Origin: Octopus sinensis
Lineage: Eukaryota
Direction of reading: 5' to 3'
NCBI RefSeq assembly: GCF_006345805.1
Contig: NC_043002.1
Span: 41,974,001 to 42,038,000, forward strand
Length of the DNA: 64,000 bases
Position numbers and translations under genes: made by a program. The stretch's first letter is position 1; every line of letters begins with the position of its first letter. The notes beneath the pieces were generated by a model. That model was not told where the DNA came from and made no database searches. It saw nothing but the letters and a program-made list of their open reading frames with translations. This document shows positions 24,093 through 37,519 of this stretch, piece after piece.

Positions 24093-24971
24093 AAACTGCC
24101 GAAGGCGTATAACCTCTCTGCAACAGGAGGAAGAAATACGTAACGGTCAGTTTGTTTAAAAAAAAAATGTCCATGCGGAGATGCCGCAGGCGAGACGGGG
24201 TCTTTTCCTCTTATATCGGCTCCAGCGGTGGTGCTATCCAAAGATGTAGCCAGAGTATGTAACCAACGAAACTTTGTAACTATAACAAGCAAAGTGAGAG
24301 TACTAGTTTGAATATATCAGTGAGTGGTGGGATATACATTGACCCTCGGGAAACAGTTGTTCTGTAGAAAATATCACTTTTCAATACTGGCACATGACCA
24401 AAAATGTGGGGCGTGAACATATTGCTGATTAAATCGATGCCAGATAGAGAAAAGTAAAACTAGCTTTGTTGGGGATTTGAACCAAGAACGTAAAGACAGA
24501 TAATTCGATATTCTCATCAAATAAAAGAAATATGTATATTTTTCTAATTGCTAGAATCCGGTTGAACATCTCTGTTTTTGATGTTGTTGCTTAACATCAA
24601 AATCGGCCCTAATCAAGGAAATCTATGAATTCGTAAAATAAAAGATTCCTTAATTTTCCCCATCACAGAAGCGTTCCCACAGCTCCTTAAGCCATTGCAA
24701 TAACGCCTGTTACTTAAAAGGTTCTCCACTTCCTGGCATTGAGCACTCTCCCTCGTTGATTCTCGTAAACTGACGTTTTGGTATATTTGATGTTGAAGTT
24801 GAATCCAGTATTAATTAATTACCACCATTGCAATTCATATAGATGTAAGCACATAAACAAACACTATAACTTTTATAACGCTTCTTGCATTAAGTATATG
24901 AAAATTAATGTAACTATTTCGTTTTTGAATTTGGTTTGCAAGATTCTTTATATGAGTTCGTGTATTGAAAC

Positions 24972-25258
24972 ATATTCTGTTGTGTCTGGGGAGAGTCATT
25001 TTCTTTTTGTGTCTTATAATGTAACACACTCACCGGTGAAATTTCCACTTATTTCTTATTTTTATTTTCGTAAAGTTTTTTCGTTGCGTCTTGTAACCTT
25101 TTCAATAGTCTTGAGAGTCAAAACTATTGAAAAGGTTACAAGACGCAACGAAAATTTTAGGAAAATAAAAATAAGAAATAAGTGGAAATTTCACCGGTGA
25201 GTGTGTTACGTTATAAGGTACAAAAAGAAAATGACTCTCTCCAGACACAATAGAATGT
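24972..25258. repeat. Near-perfect fold-back (138/136-nt arms)
   Basis: Arms 24972-25109 and 25123-25258: 7 G-U positions, 1 G-G mismatch and one 2-nt bulge; 13-nt loop CTTGAGAGTCAAA. Confidence 0.95.
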
Positions 25259-27109
25259 AACTATTGTATGACTTAATTGTTGTTCGGTTTTCGTCAGATC
25301 GAATCTTCCACAGCTTTGGCAGAACGATTAGAGTGTTGCACAAAATGCCTTGCGGTGTTAAGTTAGTGTCCTTTATATTCCTAACTTTAAATCCTACTGA
25401 GGTAAATCTTACGTTTCATTCTTTCAGGGTCAATAACATACAGTGCTAGTCAAGCACTGGTACCGATGAACATAATTCCTATAATAGATCCTTGATGTTT
25501 TATATGGAATTATAATTAAAGAAGGTTCCGAGTTGATTCCTTTCCTCTTTATTTACTCTGCAAAGCAGTGATTTTTAACAGTAGTAAATAAAACCTGCTG
25601 AGAGATGAGCCCTCCACCAGACGCAATTGCTTAAACTAAAATATTGCATTTAGGACGCGATGATCAATACTGATCTAACTCCCCATTAAGACAGTGTTTC
25701 TCATATGAAGACCCTCTAAGGGGAGTATCTGAAAGGACTGAAATGGAGATGATAAATTTCCTTACTTATTAAAATTATAATCGTTTTAGATTTATTGAAT
25801 TTGTCCAGTATCATGGCGAAGTAAAAAGAATTATATGAATGAAAAATATTTTGTTTTCTCATTAATGAAAAAGGGTAGAGACAATAGATTTCCTTAAAAT
25901 TTTATGATGAAGCCCTGGTAGTTGTTAGTTTTAGAAGCGTTTTGTTAAGAAAGGTATAACATTTTGATTTTCATACCTGCGCTAGGTTTCAATACAGGGC
26001 GGGAACACGAGCTTTCTGCTTATGGAATATGTTCTTCTGTTCAATATTTAATTCAGATTTGAATATGTTTTATACTCTGAGACACTTTACACTATTTAGA
26101 GCAAGGCAATAGCTCTGATTTGATTGTAAACGTATTTTACAATAAAGTCAAATATCGTTACCAACATTTTTCGAAAATATCAATTTATTTAAGTCTGTTT
26201 TCGTTGTCATGGCTGTATATGCGTGTATGTGTGTGCGTGTGACGTGTGTATGTGTGTGTGCGTACGTGTGTGTGTATATGTGTGTGCGCACTCGTGAAGT
26301 GAATTAACATTTACTTTTTCTATATTTATATTGAATGTCACCAAGTTAGCATTATAGCATCTATTAGTAATATATAAACTGGTCTGAACCGGTCTGAACC
26401 AAAAGTAATCGCTCCCCCACTGAGAAGGCAAGTAAATTTTCTTTAAACATTGACAACGGGAATTCTAAACGTTGTCTTCAGAACTACTTTATATTTATCC
26501 CCAACACAACGTCTTTAAACCATTAAAATTACGAAACAGTCCAGATGAGCGACTTCCGCTTTCTCGTGTCAGTACGACATTTATCTACATAACAAATAAG
26601 AAATAAACTAATAAATAAATAACAATAACTAAATAACTAAATAAATATCATAGCTTGTAAGATTCAATAAGCTAATAAAATTTAATAAATCTGTTCTGAA
26701 AGAAGAAAGACAAATTTTAAGACGAACTGCAAGCTAGCTTTCATATTTGCAAAAAAGAAAGTTCATTTCAACAGAAATGTGCTTTTACATAGAGAAGACA
26801 TAGAAAGGAAAGAGAAAAGAAAAGCGAAAGAGGAAGAGAAAGGAGAAGGCAAAGAAGAAAGAGTAAAGAAAGAAAGTAAGAAAGCGAAAAATGTAAAAGA
26901 AAATAAGTAATAAGAGTGTCTTTGCCTTCATAATTTTCATATTTCAGCAAACATTTATATCGATCTCTGGTGGTTTTGTTTTGTTTTTTCGTTTTTCTTG
27001 AAAGAATCCGCGCAATTACAAAGGTCACAGTTTCTACGTTCAGTTAAAAATTATTCCTATTTCTAGAGAAACATTTTAAAATTCCTTTTTATCTCGTCTG
27101 AAAGTATCA

Positions 27110-27235
27110 TCTCAGCTTAAAAGAGGATGGCAACAAAAGAACGCCAAAGATAGAATCTGGCGAGATGTCTTGCTTGTTTGTAGCCAATGCGATAACGAAA
27201 TGTTCTTGGGTTCGGTCAGACGCTCTTCAACATCT
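27110..27235 (+). repeat. Dispersed repeat; homolog of 21500-21625
   Basis: See 21500-21625. Confidence 0.7.
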
Positions 27236-27409
27236 AACATCTATGATTAATACTTTTTACTCAACTGTAATCGTTTTCCTTCCCTAACTTTTACCCTTTC
27301 TCTCTCCCTCTCCCTCCCCCTCTCTCTCGCTCGTTAATAATGAATAATTCATTATCAGACTTCATTTTGATGTATCATCATTACTTAAATAACACCAACA
27401 AACGCACAG

Positions 27410-27514
<105 letters not shown>

Positions 27515-27763
27515 ACCTTACATGTCAAGTTTTTTTTAATTATTATTTCTATGTCATTCCAGCTGTTTTGGATATCCTGGAGCTAGAGGTATGAAAATAC
27601 CCATTTTTGTAGGTTATATTTTTCTCCAGGAACCAATTGATGTACTCACACAATATTAAAAATTAGTTTCCAAACATACCTTTCCAAGTTGGCAATTAAA
27701 ATATGACACTCAACTCTCCTACAACCACCCGCTCTCCCGCTCACTCACCCAACCATCCAGCCG

Positions 27764-27764
<1 letters not shown>

Positions 27765-27820
<56 letters not shown>

Positions 27821-27894
27821 GCTACTACTCCTATAACCATCACCACCGCCGACACCACCACCACCACCACCACCCCACCACAACAACAACAACA

Positions 27895-27929
<35 letters not shown>

Positions 27930-27969
27930 AACCATCACCACCACCACAACCACAGCCGACACTACCACA

Positions 27970-28013
<44 letters not shown>

Positions 28014-28145
28014 TACTTCTACTACTACTACAACCATCACCACCGCCGACACCACCATCACCACCACCACCGCCGACACCAGTAGGAGCACCAGCAGGAG
28101 CACCACTACCACCACCACGACCACCACCACCACCACTACTACTAC

Positions 28146-28209
<64 letters not shown>

Positions 28210-28210
28210 A
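27765..28210. repeat. Mosaic trinucleotide microsatellite (TAC/CAC/AAC/TGC)
   Basis: Direct reading; it explains the poly-Y/H/T ORF 27703-28323. Confidence 0.95.
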
Positions 28211-28759
28211 TAATCATCTCCCCACCCCATCCACCCACTCCCATTGCCACCCGAGAAATGTTCTGTTGTAGTTTTCACACGCCATCCGTGCTGGCTGCTT
28301 TCGAGTTGTGCATTTTACTCTAACCCATGATATTAATAATGCAGCTTATCACTAGAAAACTGCCTTGCAGGCACATCTTTCTATCTGCAACGTTCTTTGC
28401 ACAGGAAATTATTAATCTTTCGTTTGTAAGTGAGACTGAATAAATAAAAAAATAAATAAATAAATAAATAAATGTATATAAAAATAAATAAATAAATATA
28501 TGGGTATGATAATAAATAAATAAATAAATAAATAAATGAATGAAATTTATCGATGTAAAGATGGATATAAGTTTATGAATCAGTTCACAAACATTAACTT
28601 CTCTGGCATATGGAAACCCTGAATAAGCACGATATCAATTCTCGGAGAGAACTCTCTCTCTCTCTCTCTGCTCTGTGTCTCTGTCTCTGCTCTGTGTCTC
28701 TGTCACTTTCTGTCTCTCTGTCTGTCTCTCTCTCTCCTCTGTGTGCGTATGTATGTGCG

Positions 28760-28828
<69 letters not shown>

Positions 28829-29559
28829 GTGCGTACGTTCGCGTAAGTGTCTGCATGAATGCACAGGGCTTTACAAACGCATACACGTCTGTGTTTGTAT
28901 GCCTGGCTGCATTTGCGCTCGCGAGTCGATTTAAATAGAAAAGAAGAAAAAAAACAGGAGCTCAAGCAGTTAAAAAAAAAATAAATAAAGTAAAAATAAA
29001 AAAAAAAGTTGTGAGACAATATGGGTATATCGAGGTTAGATGAGAGAAGAAGAAGAAGAAGAAGAAAAAGAAAACGAAAATAATAAAAATGAAAAAAAAA
29101 AAAATTAAATAAATAAAATAAAAGTGTCAGAAGCAAATAAATGCAGGGAAAGGCAAAACAAAAATCCTTGAATATGACGAAAATGTGGGCAGATAGCTAA
29201 AATGTGCGTTAAAGCAAAAGCTGGTAAAGGGAGACTAATCTGTTTATACATTGGTTAAACTGAACTTTAAAGAGCTACTGCTACCGATCGGCCAGAGCTG
29301 CAAAGGCAATTCTGTTTGTTTTTGTCGCATGTCGGTAATATCAATGAGAATGTAAACACCTGCTTTATTCTGTGCACAGTTCGAAATCTATCGCAAAGTA
29401 GACTAAGAGGTAAACACAATTGAATTTTAAAACAAGTTAGGCAGCGTAAGATGTCAACGTCTCTCGTTCCAGCTATAAAGTACAGTAGTAAATGCGAAAT
29501 AAAGATTTCTTTAAGGTTGGTGAATGAATGAAAAAATAACACAAAGACAAAAACAAAAA

Positions 29560-30211
29560 AGCAAACTGCGTATGTAGGTGTGCATCTGTATGTGTGTGTA
29601 TGTGTGTGTATCTCTGTGTGTGTGTGTATCTGTGTGTGTGTGTGTGTGTGTGTGTGTATGCACATTCGCATTTTCTATTATGCATTTTCACGCGTACACG
29701 CTCACACACACACACACACACGCACGCACACGCACAAACATACAACACACGTGTGTGTTGTGTGTGTATGTATAATGTATGTATATATGTATAAATGTAT
29801 GTATATACGTATATATAATATATTATAATATATATATATTATATATATAATATATATATATATATGTATGTATGTGCATGAACGTACGTATGTATGTATG
29901 TTTACATGCATGTATCTCAGCATGTATGCATGCATATACGTGTATAATGTATGTGTGCATATATTTGTATGTTTGTATGTTTGTATGTATGTATGTATGT
30001 ATGTATGAATGCATGTATGTATGTATGTATGTATGCATGTATGTATGTATGTATGTATGTATGTATGTATGAATGCATGTATGTATGTATGTATGTATGT
30101 ATGTATGTATGTATGTATGCATGCATGCATGTATGTATGTATGTATGTATGTATGTAAGTATGTATGTATGTATGTATGTATGTATGTATGTATGTATGC
30201 ATGTATATATG

Positions 30212-30245
<34 letters not shown>

Positions 30246-30263
30246 TGTATGTATGTATGTATG

Positions 30264-30309
<46 letters not shown>

Positions 30310-30430
30310 CATGTATGTATGTATGCACTCGTACATCACATAGACATGTATATCCATCCATCCATCCATCCATCCATACATACATACATGTGCGCGCGTG
30401 TGTGTGTTTGTGTGTGTGTGTGTGTGCGCG
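29560..30430. repeat. Microsatellite field (TG, CA, TA, TATG, TATC, CCAT)
   Basis: Direct reading. Confidence 0.95.
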
Positions 30431-32192
30431 TGCGCGCGGTGCGTCTTACTTTGAGGTATAAAAATATAAGTGTTCAATACATTTTATTGCTGGGCGTTTA
30501 TAAACCATAATAAATGCAATTTTTCATGCTGTTACGATTTTCTATTTTGTGTGTGTGTTGTGTGTGTGTGTGTGTGTGTGTGGTGTATGTGTGTGTGTGT
30601 GTATTTCATTTTCATGATTGCGACAGAGAACTATACTACACATTCGAGAAGATCTACTGATAAAAAAGTTTAAAGTGTGACTTTACTTTCAAGTAGCAGC
30701 GTATTCGATATGTTTGGGCACGATTTAATTTTTGCTGTAGTTAGAAAATGGAATTTTCAAAAGTGGGAATTAAAAATTATACACGCATAAAAATTTAGAA
30801 GTTTGTTTCTGCATTTCTTTATTTACTTTATTAATTGTTCACAAAAATGAGCGAGTCCTATTAGGTAGGAGTTTCTCCCGGTTTCCGTTGATTTTAAGAC
30901 GACTGACGATACACGACTCTTACTAATGTGCCGCAGAAATAGACTCCAAATCATCACAGGAGTGAACTCAGCCGAGTGGACAAAGACAACTGGAAATGAA
31001 GAATCTTGGTCAAAAATACAATGCGCCGTCTTGTCCGAGAACCAAGCACATAAGCTAACACTCGTAAACCCAATACCCATATATGAGACTGGACATAAAA
31101 TCGGTCATGGATGTGGAATGGAACGAGATTTGGAGAAGATAACAACTTATTCAGTAATGTTTTGAATTATTTTGGTATAGAATTATGGGAATATTTTTTG
31201 CTTCAGTCATTATATAATAGAAGGAACCAAGAGGAAATATATCAGATTTAGTTTATAAACTATACGTCTATCTGTGATTTTTCTATCAAATTTTGTTCCG
31301 TTATACGATCTTGCCTGAGGAGGACATTTGTATGTAATGAAAGACTATAGGTGAATGATATATCTTTCTCTTCTGAATACGTATTGGTGATCGCTGAAAT
31401 GCTTAGAATATTAAGAGTATCTCTTGGCGTATAGTATTCATAATATGTTACAGTTAATGGTAATTGTACGAGTATAAGTTACATCATTTTTGTTGATGGC
31501 ATATAGCTTCCATATTTTAAAATAGATATTATTTGAATGAAAGAGGTTAAATAGTTGACGAGAATTAAAGCTTACTGAGAGATATATAGTTTTAAGAGCC
31601 AGGAAAGCCTTTACCATCAGAATCAGTCACATTTTGTTCCTTAGATATGAGACTGTGGCAACTGCATTTATATAATACACTTAGCAGAAAAAGGTAGAAC
31701 TGGTGGCAAGTATGTTGACATTGGTGAGAAGCTGGTGATGACAGGGTAACAGGATGAAAGGATAATTCATTGAAATGTTAAGCCGTATGTTGATCAAAAT
31801 GTTGCTTACTCGAGGGACCACCCACATAGTTGCACAACTTGTAAGAATTAGCAGCGAAAAACTTCTCTTATTACACACTGCTTGCATAAAAAAGGAATAA
31901 ATCGAGCCTCAAAGTAAATGAATAAATAAGTCGGAAAGGTTATGAGTAGAACATGCTTTGTGATCATGGCTGACTTAAGGCTAAACAATAAAGACCAAGG
32001 AACGTGTGTGCTGTCATTTGACCTACTCAAAATAGTTGCTATATCGCTCTCAAATTATACTCTACCGTCTTAAAAAGAAAAAGGACATTGGACAATGCAG
32101 TCCTTGACATGATAGTTGCTGCTGGAATGCTGTCATAGGTTTTCTAAATCTCTGGTAATCTGAGACTTGAGAGCGATACAATGACAACAACA

Positions 32193-32410
32193 GTGGAGGC
32201 GCAATGGCCCAGTGGTTAGGGCAGCGGACTCGCGGTCGAAAGAACGCGGTTTCGATTCCTAGACCGAGCATTGTGAGTATTTATTGCACAAAACACCTAA
32301 GCTCCACGAGGCTCCGGCGGGGCCGGGGCGAACCCCGCTGTACTCTTTCACCACAACTTTCTCTCACTCTTTCTTCCTACTTCTGTCACAAAGCAGAGGA
32401 ACCATGGTGT
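32193..32410 (+). mobile_element. tRNA-Arg(TCG)-like SINE 5' part (OR-type), body unlike SINE-C
   Basis: GTGGAGGCGCAATGGCCCAGTGGTTAGGGCAGCGGACTCGCGG..GGTTTCGATTCC, preceded by an (AAC)-like tract. Confidence 0.7.
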
Positions 32411-32609
32411 AACCCACTATGGTGTGATAAACTTTCAGACTCTAGACTAGATTGCGAATCCTCTATATCCCGTTTACGGAATGAGGATAACAACGTTAGC
32501 TTTCGCGCCCGTGCAACCGCCAGTCTATCGCGTGTAGTGGGTGGATCTTCAAGTTGCCACACGCATTCTTAGTAACTTAGAGTAGGCTCGAATTAGAGAT
32601 TATTCTTTG

Positions 32610-32705
32610 TGAAGAAGAAGAAGAAGAAGAGAAGAAGAAGAAGAAGAAGAAGAAGAAGAAGAAGAAGAAGAAGAAGAAGAAGAAGAAGAAGAAGAAGAAG
32701 AAGAC
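32610..32705. repeat. (GAA)n microsatellite
   Basis: Direct reading. Confidence 0.95.
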
Positions 32706-33586
32706 AACAAGCACCCGCGTAGCTTAGTTGCTGCGCGCGGGCTCCAACAAAGCTCTGAAATTTAAATGCGTTGAAGCGGGTAAGTATCTGCATGGGTGAC
32801 CAACGAAAAAAGGTTGGAAAAAAAGGACGCTGACGTGGTGCTCCTCAAGAGAGGGGAGTCTTCACGCGAATAGGTTAGCTAGTATAGGTTAGCTTAGAAT
32901 ATTCCTCTGGCGCTAAGGGTGCTTTAAAAACATCAATTTCCAGTTTCTATTCAAAAGAAGTAAAGAAAATAAGTTTGATGGCAGCACAGTACCAGTTCAA
33001 CACAATTTCAGATGTTTTGGCGATTTATTTATAATTTTTAACATTATGAAAAACTGTCAGCTGATTGCAGTGGCGTCTTTCGGGATGTTTAAAGTGTATA
33101 TAGTGCATCATGATGTATTTTGTTATACCTTCTGAAAGACATCTGCTCAAATAACTACATGTATTGAATGTGTTTGTATACACAAATACATAAAATTTTA
33201 TATATATATGCATACTTGTGTACATACATACGTACATACATGCATGGTGGCTGCCCCCTCGTTATCGAGTATGGCCATTGCACGAAGCTTAATCAATGTT
33301 GTTATCGTGCAATGCCTGTGCAGAAAGATTTTTTTTTAAGTGAGGAAAGGCTGTGCACTGAGTCAATCCCACTCACTAGTAACAGCATCCATAATCCGAA
33401 AAGAAGAAGTCAACATCATCGGTAACCACTGAGCCGCAGGTTTTATGTCGGAGTTATCCCAGTTACCCGAGTTACCTTCTCCTAGAAGGATGCCCTAACA
33501 AAGGCTAGGAGTCCTTCAATCCCAATGGTTTAACCGCAAACACACATACATACATACATACATACATACATAAATACATACATACA

Positions 33587-33617
<31 letters not shown>

Positions 33618-34089
33618 GTATATGTGTGGCATGGTGGCTCGTGTATAGGCACTGGGGAACTGCAGCACTCCCTATTTCCACTTGATATTATCGATAACAT
33701 TCAATATAATGAGTTCATTTTCCTTTAATTATTTCTTTATAACTTGTACATTAATATCAGCAGCCATCTCCTAGTTTATGAAACAAATACAAAAATCCTT
33801 GTATAGAACTATGCGCTTAATAGTTCCAGTGACGTGGTGTTTGGCTGTTGTGCGCATGCTCACATGTCCGAGATATGAAGCTTCACGCAAGGGAGAGAGA
33901 CTACTGCGTGAATGACTACCGGGTGAAAGGCAGTGTGTCTTTTTGACTCTGCGTGTGTTGTGCTTAAAAACGTGTTTATATTCTTGAATGTGATAAAGTG
34001 TAGAACTAGATTATTATCCTGCTTCCAGCTTCAGTGTTGCTGCCAGAATTTGAAAAGAAGGGCAAATTTCCCCCCTTGTTTTGTGATAT

Positions 34090-34245
34090 AAGGGGGATTT
34101 TTGAAAAAACAAGGGGGAATTCGCGGCGTTGTTCAGTGACCAAATTAAACACACTACCCGACAGTGCCTAAAATGCGAACCGATCAAGTTTATGTATAAA
34201 TTTTCTTTTTATATGTTTGTTTCTTTTTACTCAATATTAAAACAA
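34090..34245 (+). repeat. Dispersed repeat; direct homolog at 36885-37045
   Basis: GGGGGAATTCGCGGCG.TGTTCAGTGA.CAAATTAAAC.CACTACCC...AACCGATCAAGTT.ATGTATAAATTTTCTTTTTATATGTTTGTTTC is shared by both copies. Confidence 0.85.
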
Positions 34246-34311
34246 CGGCTAAAAGTTTTCTGAAGCAGCAGCTCCACTAATTTCACTTACGAGCCTCCAC
34301 TGTGTGTGTGT

Positions 34312-34386
<75 letters not shown>

Positions 34387-34395
34387 GTCTATCTG

Positions 34396-34442
<47 letters not shown>

Positions 34443-34812
34443 GCCTGTCTGACTGTCTGTGCTCATACATGCACACACAAAGGATCTCTGTCGGTATACA
34501 TATGTGTAGGGGTACAGAGTGGATGTAGTCTGGGGATAACAGTTCATTTGAAACATGGCGAGGCCACGTAGAATAGAAAAATAAGCCAGTAGTTTGAGTC
34601 TATGTGTCAACGTTTCATTAAAAGCAATGACCCTGGCAAAATGCAATCTATTTCACTAAAAGGGATGAATTTATCAGGATTATGTTGCCGTGAATATCAT
34701 GATAAAATTTGGTCATGACGTGCATCCGGGTGAAACAAAATGTATTTTGTTGGTGTCATTGTATTTTGAATAAAACACATGCATGTATATATACATATTA
34801 CACACACACACA

Positions 34813-34888
<76 letters not shown>

Positions 34889-35118
34889 AGAGAGAGAGAG
34901 AGAGAGAGAAATGGAAAGACAGATTTTATATATATATATATAGTGATAATTAACAAAAAACCAGAAGACGAAGATGGGTGTCTAAATAACGAGCAGATGT
35001 ATTTGTTTAACGCTCGAGAAGTGAGAAAGTATTTTACGTTTCAAGCTTACGCTCTTCTACAGAGAGGAACACGGAAATAAACAGGGAGAGAAAATAGATA
35101 AAGGTTTTGTGACTAGCG

Positions 35119-35220
<102 letters not shown>

Positions 35221-35223
35221 ATA

Positions 35224-35422
35224 CAGTTCGCTCAGCTGTAGAAATGAGTTGCGACGTCACTGGTTCCAAGCTGTATCGGCCTTGGATAATATCGGTGGCA
35301 TGGAGAGGGGAGACTTGTATGCATGAGCGACTGCTGGTCTACCGTAAACAACCTTGCCCGGACTTTTGTTTTGGAGGGGAAATTTCTAGGTGCAATCTCA
35401 TAGTCATTCACGACCGAAGGAA

Positions 35423-35425
<3 letters not shown>
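35224..35425 (+). mobile_element. SINE-C body and tail, headless
   Basis: CAGCTGTAGAAATGAGTTGCGACGTCAC...GACCGAAGG; reverse complement of 16103-16325. Confidence 0.85.
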
Positions 35426-35460
<35 letters not shown>

Positions 35461-35464
35461 GTAT

Positions 35465-35625
35465 ATACACGACGGGCTTCTTTCAGTTTCCGTCTACCAA
35501 ATCCACTCACAAGGCTTTGGTCGGCCCAAGGCTATAGTAGAAGACACTTGCCTAAGGTGCCATGCAGTGGAACCGAACCCGGAACGATGCAGCTGCAAAG
35601 CGTGCTTCTTAACCACATAGCCATA
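35465..35625 (-). mobile_element. SINE-A 5' half
   Basis: Matches the SINE-A head and body. Confidence 0.85.
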
Positions 35626-36319
35626 CCTATTCTTACACTGGTATTATCGAACAGCCTTTTCAGATATTACACTGCAAATAAGAATCCGGTTTTCCATTTT
35701 TTCCATATAACCTATTCAAACTCTCAATGCCTCTCTCTTACTCATACGCCATTTCTCCATCGCATTTATCTCTCCCCTGCTCCCCCCTCTCTCTCTCTCT
35801 AATTCGTCCTCTTTCTGTTTCCTTTTAAACGCACCGCAGCACGTTTGAGCAGACTTCATGTCTAATTCTCAGTAAATAGTGAAAGCATGCAAGGAGACAG
35901 GTGTATGACTCAAAACCAGCAGTCGCCAAAATCTATTACGCATTGCCCAGAACAAATGGCTGATATCCTGTTTCTCCTCTCCCGCCTCCTCTCTCACCTT
36001 CTCGTCCTCTTTCCCCTCTTCCTCATGATAATGTCGGTGATGGTGACTGTCGTTGTCATTATCAGCATTTTCATCACCGTTATCATCGTCGTCATCGCTA
36101 CCGTCGTCATGATGATGATGATGATGGTAATGTTGATGATGATGATGGTCGTCGTCATTTTCAGCATTATCGTCATCATCATAGTTATCTTCTTTTATCG
36201 CCGCTGTCATCATCATCGTCGTCGTCGTCATTATCAACATCATCGTCGTTGTCGCCTTCATCGTTATCATCATCATCATCATCATTAATTATTGAATTAT
36301 TATTTCCATTAGTAGTATT

Positions 36320-36728
36320 GATTCCAAATTTTGGCACAAGGCCAGCAATTTCGAGGGAGATGGAAGTCGATTACATCGACCCTCCCCCCCCCCACCAACT
36401 CAACTGGTACTTATCTTATCGACCTCGAAAGAGATGAAAGGTAAAGTCAATCACGGTGGAATTTGAACTCAGAATGTAAAGAAGGGCAAAATACCTGTTT
36501 CTTTATTACCCACAAGGGGCTAAACATAGAGGGGACAAACAAGGACACACAAACGGATTAAGTCGATTACATCGACCTCAGTGCGTAACTGGTACTTAAT
36601 TTATCCACCCCGAAAGGATGAAAAGCAAAGTCGACCTCGGCGGAATTTGAACTCAGAACGTAGCGACGGGCGAAATACCGCCAAGCATTTCGTCCGGCGT
36701 GCTACCGATTCTGCCAGCTCGCCGCCTT
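36320..36728 (-). mobile_element. SINE-B dimer (long-tail unit plus short-tail unit)
   Basis: Head at 36728; re-entry junction at ~36490. A second, + strand head follows at 36762-36845. Confidence 0.9.
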
Positions 36729-36884
36729 AATTATATGAATAATATTAATAATGGAAATATGGCGGCGAGCTGGCAGAATCATTAGCACTCTAGGCAAAAT
36801 GCTTAGCGATATTTCGTTTGTTTTCATGTTCTGAGTTCAAATTCGATAACATAAAATAATAGTTGATCACTGGGTTTTGTGATT

Positions 36885-37045
36885 TAGAGGGGAATGTTTG
36901 AAACACAGGGGGGAATTCGCGGCGGTGTTCAGTGAACAAATTAAACGCACTACCCAGCTGTGGCTAAAATGCAAACCGATCAAGTTCATGTATAAATTTT
37001 CTTTTTATATGTTTGTTTCCTTTTATACAATATTCTTTTCTACTT
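36885..37045 (+). repeat. Dispersed repeat; homolog of 34090-34245
   Basis: See 34090-34245. Confidence 0.85.
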
Positions 37046-37096
37046 TTTTTTCCTATACTAGTATTTTTCTTCCTTCTTGATACACAAGATTCAACA

Positions 37097-37268
37097 TGGC
37101 GCAGGAGTGGCTGTGTGGTAAGTAGCTTGCTAACCAACCACATGGTTCCGGGTTCAGTCCCACTGCGTGGCATCTTGGGTAAGTGTCTTCTGCTATAGCC
37201 CCGGGCCGACCAATGCCTTGTGAGTGGATTTGGTAGACGGAAACTGAAAGAAGCCTGTCGTATATATG

Positions 37269-37299
<31 letters not shown>

Positions 37300-37508
37300 T
37301 TGTGTGTCTGTGTTTGTCCCCCTGGCATTGCTTGACAACCGATGCTGGTGTGTTTACGTCCCCGTCACTTAGCGGTTCGGCAAAAGAGACCGATAAAATA
37401 AGTACTGGGCTTACAAAGAATAAGTCCCGGGGTCGATTTGCTCGACTAAAGGCGGTGCTCCAGCATGGCCGCAGTCAAATGACTGAAACAAGTAAAAGAG
37501 TAAAAGAG
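37097..37508 (+). mobile_element. SINE-A, full length (reference copy)
   Basis: A box TGGCTGTGTGG, B box GGTTCAGTCCC, CCTTGGG-type segment, (TA)n(TG)n, tail 37451-37500 with hairpin CAGTC-AAAT-GACTG. Confidence 0.92.
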
Positions 37509-37519
37509 TGTGTTTTGAA

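Noticed and set aside
27703-28323. 206-aa ORF, plus the many HT/CV/YI/MYVC-rich ORFs (e.g. 29702-30202, 63063-63773)
   Set aside because: These are translations of di-, tri- and tetranucleotide microsatellites, which are stop-poor by construction.
30926-31165. 79-aa non-repetitive ORF
   Set aside because: No recognisable motif and no convincing splice signals; the length is compatible with chance.
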